Position numbers and translations under genes: made by a program
The notes under the pieces: model-generated
Seen by the model: only the letters and a program-made list of their open reading frames with translations
What the model was told of the DNA's origin: nothing
The model's database searches: none
Origin: Perna viridis
Taxonomy: Eukaryota
Direction: 5' to 3'
NCBI GenBank assembly: GCA_037379345.1
Contig: CM074512.1
Coordinates: forward strand, 25,606,001-25,670,000
Length of the DNA stretch: 64,000 nucleotides
Shown here: positions 53,149 to 64,000 of the stretch, piece after piece
Numbering within the stretch: position 1 is the first letter of the stretch
Layout of the letters: the number at the start of each line of letters is the position of its first letter

Positions 53149-55119
53149 TGTAATGGGAATCTTAGTTTATTAAATATTACAAACAAAAAGTTTGGTGAAC
53201 CTAGTTTTCTTTTTTTTAAATATGAAAGAGTGTCAGATTATTGTAAGGCTCGATTGCCTAAAAATCAAATTTGGTTTCTCTATATTTAAATTTTACATTT
53301 TGTTCATTCAAGGTCATCTTTGAGAAAAACATGGAATATTTATAGACAAAATTTTTTAGGTTTGATCTACCTTAAAAAAAATACTTGAATGTCCTGAAAA
53401 TGACTTTACAGACAAAAGTCTATTTATTTTCCTTAAGGTGCATCTAAGATTTTAAAAATAGTTAAAACAAAAATAAAACAATACAAACATCATACTTTAC
53501 AAAATTGTTGTAAAGGCAGAAAAAATTGTACTTCAATTTTTTTGTTAAATTTAATATATAATATGCATATATATATAGATATATGGATGTGTTTTTTAAG
53601 CATTTTTATCTAATGTTCTTTCATTTTTCCAATTTGAGACATTAATTTTTCATAGGTAATTTTGGGTTAATCTACAAGTTTTGAGGGATAACAACTCAGA
53701 GCATTCTAAGATGCCTCCAGGGAATTAGAGAAATATGTTTAAAAAATTTATTATAAGCTATATTCACAGTTCTCACAGCCATCAAATATAAAATATCTTA
53801 AATCTTATTGCATTGTCTTTTTTTATACTTAACTTAGGTAAATGTATAGTTAGTTATTTTTCAACATTTATGATAAACAGTATCTCTCATTTGAGTAATA
53901 AGGCCCATATATTTTGACATGGTTAAGTAACACCCATAATGATTTTTTTTTTACAAATCAGTTGATTTCTCAGAGTTTTGTATAATGATGTTATATTTTA
54001 TGTAGAAACTGTAAACCAGTAATTCGTTATCTAATGAATCAGGTACTCTTTGTTTCTATTTTTTGGGGGTATTTTTTTCAATTGAGAGTTGTTTGGGGTG
54101 ACAGTCTGTTTTCTCCACTTGTCCTGTGTTATTTGCCACTGTTGAAGGTTGTAATGCTGAAAATTTGGGCCTCCCTTTCTTCTTTTTGTATGTTTTATGT
54201 ATATTTTATTTGTATTTAGTTCTGTCTTTACCTTCTAAATGTGGCTGTTTTTTATTTATTATTCACTTGTACAATTAACTGAGCCAATTCACAACTTAAA
54301 TTATTATTATTATACCCCTTACTTGCAAAGTGGTTTTTTTTTGTTTATTATTATGAGAAACTTTTTACTTCTCACACTATCATGGTATACAAGACCTGAT
54401 TTATAGAAACTGAGTTATTATTCCATGATATGAATTTATTGGGTACCAATTTTTTATTTTGAATTTTAAAACATGATACTTCATTCTGAGTTGAACATCT
54501 ATCTTTCTTTGACTCATAGTTATTCAAGAAGGTCACTTGTATGTCAGCAAAATAAAAAAAAAATCCTAATGTCTTAATACTGAAAATTGGTGCCTAATAA
54601 TTAAGGTACTACATGTATTACTAATACCTTAATCTTATTTAGCAAATATTTAGTCAACTGAAACTTCCAGTAGTATGGAGTTTTTTTTACACTGATTCAA
54701 TTAACATGTACTTGTACCTAATTTTCTGATGCTCAGATATTTGCTAGAAAAGTTTGTTGGTATTGGTATATTATTTGTATCCTATTTTAATGCTCCATAG
54801 TTTCTCTGGAATCTGACCTATATGATCTACAGCTAGACAACATTGAAGGTACAGTCATTGTTGAAGACTTCACAGATTTAACTTTATACCAAGACAGTAT
54901 TGATTTTCAGTTGTGCACATTTCTGTTTTGTTATTCTTCTGTTATTGTTATGTTATTAAGAGCATTGAAATATTTTTTATGAAACTTGATTTGATAATTA
55001 TATGTATACCAAGAAATTCCTGTAACAACTAAATGATTTTGTGAACCTTTACATAGAAGAATCTGATATGTATGCCAGTGAATAAGTAATTTATCTAATC
55101 AAGCCATGTGTATTTTCAG

Positions 55120-55224
55120 GTCACCAACAGAAATGGAACATATTTAACAACCAAGCTAGAATGTATATTGGTGGTATAAAGAGGAATGGTCGCCTTGATC
55201 GATCATTTGAAGGAACTATTTCTG
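55120..55224 (+). CDS. NRXN: Neurexin exon 13: LNS6 (GHQQKWNIFNNQARMYIGG...FEGTIS)
   Basis: IFN motif of the Ca2+/neuroligin-binding face; tattttcag| and G|gtaaat. Confidence 0.94.
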
Positions 55225-55966
55225 GTAAATAAATATACTCTGTAGGCTTTTCCTGACTCAAATAATTAAGGACAATGCCAGAAATCCTCACCTTTGATCT
55301 CAGTCTTACTATAGAAGAGAATTATATATATATTTTCAATACATATTAACCATTTATATCCATTTAGTCAAAACAGGCAGTTTAATTATTATAGTAACTT
55401 CTATTTCTCTCCAGAACATATTTACAGAAATTATTTGGTTTTTAGATTGTATTAAATATATTTAGATGGGTGTGGATAGAATTGTCTGTCCTTTCATATC
55501 TCAAAAAATCTTGTAGGTGATATTGCTGTGAAACTAACCTATAGTTTACAGATTTTGATGAAACTTGGTATGAAAATTTGTCATAATATATGCTTGAAGC
55601 AAGATAGTTATGCATATTTTGTCAACAGAAAAAAATGCTAATTATGGCTTTTTTCACAGCTAGGGCTTGTAAGGCTAACCTCTCCTAATCTGTTTGATAT
55701 ATTTTATCTTTGCTTAGGGGAAAACACATTTTGAATCTATCTTTGCTAATGTATTATCTAGGTGTAGCAAATTTGGAGTTAAATGAAGTGAGTAGGGACC
55801 TTTAAAAAATTATTTACTTTTTGTTCCACTTCTTTAAATAAAGCCTCCATGTATCTGATTTTTTCTGATGAGCAATTCAGGCTAAAATTATAGCTAAACT
55901 GATTGAATTTTCTACCATTACATTTTTTGCTTAGTTCTTCTCTTCAGGCCAAAATTCTTGAAAGAG

Positions 55967-56162
55967 AACTGTGAAAGTATTAATATTTGTGGGGTACCAA
56001 TTTACATGTTTTCAGTGGGTAGGCCAAACCATGAAATTTGGTTCCAAACAATAAAAGGAAATTTCCATTAATGTGTATACTGAAAATCTCAAAACCATAA
56101 ATTCAAGAATCCATGAAGTTCTGTTTCTTCCCTTATCCATGAATTAAAGTACTTTCACAGTA
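55967..56162 (+). mobile_element. MITE, same family as 26221
   Basis: actgtgaaagta...tactttcacagta. Confidence 0.8.
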
Positions 56163-56618
56163 AGTGTTCTCTATTTCAAGTGATATCTTATTAAAATTCA
56201 TAGTGCCACCTGGTGGATACAACTACTTTGATCTGCTCTCAACACTACAATTCCAGCAAATGATTCATGTGGACATTGTCCTATCTGCATTCAAGATTTT
56301 AGTGAAATGGAAATGGCTGTGTTGATCTGGTTGGCTCTCTAGAGCCTCTTGTTAGTAGATTGACATCACATTATCCCAGTTTATTTTGTAAGGTTTTTCC
56401 TAAATAATCAGTGACATCAGGTAGAATCTAGGGTAATTTGATCAACTTGTATGGACACATTTTTTATTTTCTTTATTATTAATATCCTGTGAGGGTTTAG
56501 TTAACAAAAGAAAAAAAAGGTAAAAAGAAACTATTTGGTAAATAAGTATGGAAGAAGACATATTTAATGTTTTTTTTTTATCTCTGTAAAGTAATTGTAA
56601 ACTTTATTGTTAATATAG

Positions 56619-56706
56619 GTCTTGTTTTCAATGGTAACCCACTTTTGCAAATGGCTGCAGAAGGAGACAGGAGAATTACTATTGAGGGAGATATTAGGCT
56701 TATACG
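56619..56706 (+). CDS. NRXN: Neurexin exon 14: LNS6 end (GLVFNGNPLLQMAAEGDRRITIEGDIRLI)
   Basis: aatatag| acceptor; donor CG|gtttgt at phase 2, chosen for compatibility with the next exon. Confidence 0.88.
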
Positions 56707-57656
56707 GTTTGTATTATGTGAATGCTGAACAAAACATGATATAATGTATAGATTTTGTTACTTTTATAATCAGTTAAGGACAGGGTTACATGGTGTGAAA
56801 TTACAATAGGGTCTGTAAGTCTCTTTCTAGTTTCATTTTCCTTACTGGAATTTCTGTTTCTAGTGTAGAATGTATTGAAATTCGGAGTCTGCATTTTATT
56901 GTTTACTTCCAGGAACTTGAAACGTTGTATTACGATCCAAAATCTTCTATTTTACTCTTTTTCTTATTATTTTAATCTTGTGGAAATAGATATTTGATTG
57001 GTATTTTTACACGAAAATATGTTATATACTGAACCCAACTCTCTGAAAATGACAAATCTCTAACCATTTGAATGGTAGGTAGGACTCACTTTTAAACTTG
57101 GATACTGTAGGTAACTATAAAAACTTGAAAATCCATTAATTGGAACTACTCTTTTGGACTGGGTATCAAATATGAAGGTGTGTGGGGTAATGTGGTAGTG
57201 CTCGCGAAAGTTTTTTTTCTTAAATTTCAATTACAGTATAATTGTTCTGTAAAAACTATTTCTAAAGTGAATTTATTTGCCTTAGGCAGGTGAACCTATT
57301 GGTGTAAAAGGATTTCTCTAAGACAAATTGAATAAGTTTTCAGTTTGTACAGAGGGTGGTATGACAATGAGTTTTCACTGTAGTAACTAAATTATAAATA
57401 GGGAACAACCATTTGATTTCTTTTGGGGGGCTAGGATCAAACTTTGTGCCTGGCATTATTATTATTTTTTCAGAAAACCATCTGTCCTGATTTTTTATTT
57501 TTCACTCAAGCCTGTCTTGGATTTACCCAATTGTTCATCATGGATTTCATCGTCCTGCCTTTTTATTTTATATTTGATCCACCCCAACCACTATATAGTT
57601 TTTGTTAAAGCATAATGATAAAACTAGAAATACATGATGTTTCTTTTTTTTTTCAG

Positions 57657-57687
57657 GAAAGAAGTACAGTCGACTAGGGAAACAAGA
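57657..57687 (+). CDS. NRXN: Neurexin 31-nt mini-exon (R-KEVQSTRETR), start of stalk
   Basis: tttctttttttttttcag| and |gtaagt; converts phase 2 to phase 0 as the downstream exons require. Confidence 0.8.
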
Positions 57688-58070
57688 GTAAGTTTAAACG
57701 ATTTCCATCTTTCTTCATTTACTATTAAAGTTTGGTAACAATAATGACATTGTACTTTCTTCTTGCTGAAATCTTTGTAGAATTCTCTATGGTTATTGTT
57801 TAGTGTCATTCTTTCTTTTGGAATTTTGTGTTAACTTCACATGATTGGGAATGAGCAACAAGGGAAATAATTAGGTATTGTTTTAGTGTTATACTTTGCA
57901 CTGACATAAACGCTCATATAGAACTGTTGTTAGCACCTGGGATTATGATCACCGTTCGTGGACATCAGTTTGTCACATGCATGTGTCACACTTTTTTTTA
58001 GTTCATTGATGGTTGAATGTGAACAATACAGGGGATTTTTATTGTATTGGTTGTATGTGTTTTCTTGTAG

Positions 58071-58613
58071 AAAAAATATTCAGAAAGTGCATTCCTTATT
58101 GAAAAGGTGCTCAAATCCATGTTAAATTCCAAAATAGATGTAAAAAAAGTAGATGCCGAAACTGATAAAACTACTGGAAATTTAATTGAGAAGAAATTTA
58201 ATGAGAATATTGAAGAAAAAGGAAGAATACTTCCAAAAAAAGTGAAAAGATACATTACAGAATCTGACTCGCTGAATATGTCATATGATTTTTCGATTTT
58301 AAATACTGTTAATGATGAGGATTCTATGTTCAATACACATCTTGATGATACCAGTCAAGACTCCATGTACATCCCACTAAGAGAAGATCCCTTCTTACCC
58401 AATGATAACAAGTTCGGTGAAGATGTTGTTGACATCGACAACTCCCAGGAAGACTCTGTAGATAGAGTCATACCTGTCATAAATCCATCACCTACAACAA
58501 TGTCCAATAAAGTCAAGCTACCAGATCCAGCTAGGTATCCTAAAGATAGAGGCAGAGATGACTCTGTAGTTATAGATGGTACAGATCAATTGAATATTGA
58601 GTTTTCTCCTGTT
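58071..58613 (+). CDS. NRXN: Symmetric 543-nt (181 aa) stalk exon, probably a cassette
   Basis: gttttcttgtag| and |gtaagt, phase 0-0, stop-free over 543 nt in AT-rich DNA; Lys-rich then Asp/Ser-rich. Confidence 0.75.
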
Positions 58614-59728
58614 GTAAGTTGTGGAGTGATGGATATGTATCCATTTTAACAATTGTATTGTTATTTTATTTAGCTGCTTGTGTGATGGTGGTGGAGATTT
58701 GCTTCTCTTCATATATGTATTAACAACTGACATCATAACCAGTGTACTTTAGCTAACTTTTAATTAGTAAGCTGGTGTTACTAACAAATCTGTTCTTTTC
58801 AGTAATTTGCTTGTGAGTGTGTTGTAATAAGTCTTACCTTTGAGCTGTAAAGATAGAAATGGTGACAATGTTTTTGTGGGTAGAATCACAGATGTTTAGC
58901 TTCATTTAAAAGATTAAAACAGATTTCCATGCAATGTGTTTATTGGAAATGAAAAGACTTGGATGTATTAATTACTAAGACCCTGGAGAAAGGATTTATT
59001 TTCTTCCCATTTTATCCAAGTCCTTGAAATGTCATGACATATGTATTGTTAGAGGCTGTCTATAGAACTCTGTAATTTATTATACTGGTATATTGAATAA
59101 CCATTTTTATATCGTACCATAATTTCTATAAAGAACTATACTTTATGTTAATTTTTTTAGTGACAAATATACTATGGTTCTCCACTGACTTCTTATGAAA
59201 TTTTACAAGAATATATTAGACATTTTTATATGACTAAAATTATGGTTGTATTGTGTTATGACGTCGTCTTTGTCTTAGTTAATTTTTTCCCTTTTTTTTT
59301 TGTGTGATAACTTTGATTGTAGTGAAATTTTGACATACTGTTACTTTACGCTAGAGGATGCTTGCAATTTATAATGGGGTCACTATCTGTAACGTTCTGC
59401 AGAAAAGGGGCCGAAAGGATAATATAGGTTTTTATTCAAAATGTTTGACAGTTTTTTCTTCAATTTCTTTTACCAGTATTACAAAATTCTGTGTGAAGAA
59501 TATTTAACAGATTTAAAATTGCATTTAACATTTTCAGCCTACAGTGTCAAAAGTGGGGCCATACCATAAAAATTATAAAAACTTATTTTGGGGTCCAATT
59601 TTGAATTATTTTTTTTGTATTGGATTTCTCATGAAAATCCCTATCTGCATTCTTCAATCAGATATCAGATATCTATTATAGTTTTTTTAGTTAGTTGTAA
59701 GGGTTCAAGGAGCCACACATGAAACAGT

Positions 59729-59939
59729 TACTGTAAAAGTACTATTGTTCATGGGGTACCAATTTTCGTGGATTTCGTGGGTAAGGTAAACCACAAAATT
59801 TGATTCCCAACGAAAAGGATTGTTTACTTTAAATTGCATGACAGGATCATCAAAACCACAAATTCAATAATCCACAAACTTCTGCTTTTCTTCTTAACCA
59901 AGAAAATTGATACCCATGAATATAAGTTCTTTCTCAGTA
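59729..59939 (+). mobile_element. MITE, same family, nested in an older repeat
   Basis: tactgtaaaagtac...gttctttctcagta. Confidence 0.75.
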
Positions 59940-61669
59940 ACTTTTTTATGTCAAGTTGTTTCTTTTTATATTTTCGTTGGAAATTCATACCGGCATTTTT
60001 CAATCAGTATTGGAATATTCCTCACCATTTTTGAGTAACAAGGGCTCAAAGGGGCCAAAAAACTGAGGACTATTTTTAATATTTTTTATGTGATATAAAT
60101 GGAGTTGTTCTTCTTTACAAGTGCTTTAAGAAGTATGCACATATTTACTCTATCATTAACAGTTTTTTTAGGTTATAGGGTTCAAAGTGATCCATGAAAG
60201 CACCCTGGAAACATAATTTTTTTTCTTAATTTCAAAATATTGTACAACATGCCAGTTGTTGTATCCATAATGAACTGTAAGTCCCTATGTTTTAGTATGT
60301 CAAAAACTAAATATTGTGTTCACACTTGCCCCTAGTAAACAGAGCAGGCTGTGGTCATACCATGCTGGACTTTGCAAAGATTATTTCAACATCTCACACT
60401 TTTTTTTTTTAAATTAAAACAGATTTGAATGTCTCTTTGACTCAAATCAATCTATAGTTGATGTAATTCATGGCACTGTATTCTAAATTAAACAGTTAGT
60501 GAAAACAACAAGTTATTTCTAAAGTCTATTAGTTTTTCCAAATTTTTCTCAAAGGTGATGTTTGATCAAATTTTTAATTTAAAAAACATTGGTCACCAAA
60601 ACTGTTTATGAGATAATTAGCCTGATGTAGATGTTTTTTTTTTTATAAGATTTCAGATAAACTATGCAGGGAATTTTCCCTATTTCTCAAATAATTAAAA
60701 TGTAGAATATCTTGAAAATTTGTAAAAGGAATACTTATCTGTCACTCTTTAATGGTTTGAAAAGAAGATTATGGGTCGTCAAACCTTTCTTTTTGTTATA
60801 TTTATCAAACTTAAATTCCCTTTACATTTCTAAAGAACATTTTCATGCAAATAATATGTTTAAAAAGGCTTTTCAGGATGATGTTTGTTATTTTACCACA
60901 TAATTTTTTGTCAAAATTTCTTTTTAAAGAAAATCAGGAGTTTTTCATCACTTCAAACACTTTCCCATTTGAAATATATATAAAACGTATGTCCAATAAT
61001 TTGTGTTCAAAAGATGATTGAAAAGATGCTCCAAGTTATGAGTATGATAATACTGGTGTAATGTGTAGATCTGGAATACATTCCATTTGTGTGCTAAATT
61101 TTCTGCCTTTCACTTATTCTGCTTTTTTTTCTTGGAATAGATCAATTTCCTCACTATTGTGGAAACCATCCTAAATCTTTACTTTAAGAAATTATTAGAA
61201 TTGAATGGAATCATTTGCATTGTGACTGATTTCTGTAACATGTTTCATTATGCCTCTGGACTTTTTATGATTGTTTTTCCCTTTATTTTATTTTGTATTA
61301 TTTGCAATGCATGGTTACATGCTTTTATCACATTTCTCTTCAACCCTGTAGTATTAGATTGGTGTAGCATTAGTACATAGACTGTTTTAAGAGGCTTTAA
61401 ATTAATTATATATGATAGATATTTTATTGGTTAAAAACTTAAAGCCTTATGACATATTGCAATCTAGATTTTGTTTTACCCTCTGGTACAATTTGAATTG
61501 GTATACATGATTCATTAAGAACTCTTTTTCTTTCATTTTTTGTTACAAAAGGCTTGTAATTAACTTGAACAACTAAATCCTGAACTGCAATCTTCAAGGC
61601 CAATTGAGAACTGCATTAATGTTTTTTCAAGAGTCTGTTTTGACTTCATCTTGTACTTTTTTTTCACAG

Positions 61670-61854
61670 CAAACAACACCAGTGCATGGTATTGTCGATG
61701 AAATCATAGTGTCAACTGAAGATGGTACTGAATGTATCAGTGATGACGAGGATGAATGTGTGACAGACAGTGGCTCAGCAGACGACATCATTTTACCAAC
61801 TTCACAGATCATTACATTCTCCACACCAAAACCACCACAAACACCTCAACCAAG
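61670..61854 (+). CDS. NRXN: Neurexin Cys-loop exon (QTTPV...DEIIVSTEDGTECISDDEDECVTDSGS...)
   Basis: ttttttcacag| acceptor; C-x-SDDED-x-C matches the neurexin Cys-loop; donor AG|gtactt, with an alternative AG|gtaata after 61920. Confidence 0.9.
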
Positions 61855-63428
61855 GTACTTAAATATCAACCGTGACCGACCTCATCAAAAATCCAAACAA
61901 CTTGACACTAAAACCAGAAGGTAATAAAGCCATGTAAAGACGACTGCATTCAAACAACTCTTTATTAATCAGAGCTTAAAGAATGCCTTTATGGTTTTCA
62001 TGAAAAGGTACTGCATGGCTCCATAGTACAGGTTTGTCTGAACATTCCATAGCCAATGAAAACTGACGGTCAAAATGCTAAGTCTTGACTTGTGGAGTGT
62101 AACAGCAGATACTGTACAGTTATTATTATTATCAAGCTTGCATGGAATGTCCATTCTTGCTCCTACTGTTCAGGGTTTGACCTTTGCAGCAGTACAAAAC
62201 ATTCTGTCATTCTGTTACACTTGTTTTCGTAAAATAAAATCCTCAGCTTCTGCAAATCACAGGCTATTGAAACTTTATATATAGCTTCATATAGGTATAC
62301 ATTATCATGGGTTGCTTTTTGTACTTGTATGACATCTACTTCTTGTTTGCTGAAAAATTTGAATTTTTCTTATACAGTGGTAATATACAAAATTTTTGTC
62401 ACATTTTTCTTGTCTTCTAAAAATCGCCGATTGTTGATATACTGTACTTAGCTATGATGTTTTATCATTGGATATGTTTTGCTACTTTTATGACATCTAC
62501 TTCCTGTTTGCCGAAAATATTTGAATTTTACTTAAATTTCAATTACCTCAATTTTTTTTTATACAAGTTTTAGCCTTTGTATATATTAGTATGGCATTGT
62601 CATCCTCATCTGTTTTGGTCTTCAATAAGCTCTTTGATGTTTTTGTCTGTGATAGTGTAAGTAGAAGGTGATGGGTTTAATGAAAAAAAATCCATGTAGT
62701 TCAGTACCACAAAAGAACCAAGTTTTGGATTGATTCTGTGGGTTATGGTCTGGTTAGGAATAAGGGTCCAAAATCATGCATTTTATAAAACTTAGTAGAT
62801 ATTGTATTTTTCTTTTTTCTTTATTACAACGAAATTCATACAAAAATTAAATATCAGCATGCAGGGAAATGAAACCAGAATTGTGTAGGTTGGGCATGCA
62901 TTATTTCAACTGGAAAATTGTAAGAAGCATGAAGGGTATGTGGAGAATTCAAACTTTTTGAATGGTACATTATTCCGACCCCAACCCAACAGATCCAAAT
63001 AAAAGAAAGGAATTGGATAGCATCACATGAAATTCAGACTAATGGCTCACCAATCATAAAGATAAAAAAAATAATCTAAACAATAAATAATTATGAAATT
63101 TATTTGACAAAGTCGTCCTCTAAATTTCCATAGGTCAATTATTTTGTTTTCACAAGTGTCTTGCAGTTGTTCAAGTTAATTTGTATAGATGTTTTTGCCC
63201 TCAGCCCATTAATTGCTTTCATATAGGTGTCAATTTGAATGTCCACAGAGATCAAGTTCCATTATTAGAAACTCAATAGATGAGTACACTCAGCAGAACT
63301 GGTAAAGCTATTCCTGTCATCATGGTCTGAATGTTCTTACTCCAAACAATAATTACGAAATGCTAGGATTATCATCTTTAAATCGTTTATTTATAGTACT
63401 ATGTATCTTTTTTATGTCTTTTTAACAG

Positions 63429-63819
63429 TACAATACAAGATGGTTTAAACAGAATTTGTACAGATGGTCCTGATTGTGAAAAAGATGGTGGTGTCATAAA
63501 TGCTTTGGAGACCACCAAATCTACATCTGTTTTAACAACTGCGAAAAAAGAATCACAGGGCATGCCAGACCCTGGTGATGAAAAGAAAAGGCTTGCATTA
63601 TATATTGGTATAGGGGTAGGAGTACTTTTTACTCTCATCATTTTAATCATAGCCTTATATAAATTTCGTAGTCGGGATGAAGGAACTTATAAAGTAGATG
63701 AGAGTAAAAATTTTGCCTATTTAGAATCTAAAAATGTCCACCATGGGAATGGAGCCATAATAGGTGCATCAAACATTAAACCTGGCAAGAAAAAAGATGT
63801 AAAGGAGTGGTATGTATGA
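63429..63819 (+). CDS. NRXN: Neurexin last exon: juxtamembrane region, TM helix, 4.1-binding motif, PDZ ligand
   Basis: tttttaacag| phase 2; LALYIGIGVGVLFTLIILIIALY TM; YKFRSRDEGTYKVDESKN; KKKDVKEWYV*. Confidence 0.97.
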
Positions 63820-64000
63820 GGTGAAAACAATCGGACCAATTCCAAAATCTTCCGTGTGTAAGTGAGGAAGTCATTGGTGTTTATGGTTCAGATGGATGGC
63901 TTAAAATTTGCTCATATAAAAGGATTCCAAATATATGTTTTAATGAGTACCAGGGAATGCCTGGATTATATAGGAAGTGTACAGATGTTCAGCTTATGTG

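Noticed and set aside
53640-53845. AG|GTAA recursive-splice-like sites (~53655 and ~53838)
   Set aside because: Expected by chance in T-rich sequence, and the intron is only 5.3 kb.
49822-55119. SS4-type cassette exon
   Set aside because: The intron position is conserved but I found no convincing symmetric phase-1 exon. The 3-nt tag|AAG|gtatta near 50696 is too weak to call.
58032-58070. Hydrophobic tail GIFIVLVVCVFL* as a GPI-like ending
   Set aside because: The AG at 58030 lacks a pyrimidine tract, and the peptide is simply the next exon's T-rich acceptor region.

Overview
AT-rich (roughly 30% GC) eukaryotic genomic DNA; the repeat families suggest a bivalve mollusc (Mytilus-like, inferred). 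The window is occupied by one + strand alpha-neurexin gene whose whole CDS can be reconstructed by hand. It has 17 core coding exons from ATG 9533 to TGA 63819, all GT-AG with consistent phases. The core CDS is 4392 nt (1463 aa): signal peptide, LNS1-EGF1-LNS2-LNS3-EGF2-LNS4-LNS5-EGF3-LNS6, stalk with Cys-loop, TM helix and PDZ-binding tail KEWYV. The promoter and first non-coding exon are not identifiable and probably lie upstream. Most notable: (1) a 27-nt in-frame microexon at the position of vertebrate splice site 2, bracketed by an inverted pair of ~205-bp MITEs; (2) a complex stalk region with a 31-nt mini-exon, a symmetric 543-nt acidic exon with a KVKR site, a candidate stop-codon microexon, and tandem donors followed by TAA/AATAAA that could give a secreted form; (3) two unrelated non-autonomous composite-like DNA transposons (LTDR-internal-LTDR, ~460-bp direct repeats each with its own TIRs, KolobokP-like), both inserted at TGTAAT; (4) a uORF-rich 5' UTR ending in a TAATG stop/start overlap. 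Introns are otherwise filled with Helentron-like non-autonomous elements, MITEs and minisatellites. I found no evidence of a wholly new gene system; the novelty is in splicing architecture and mobile elements.
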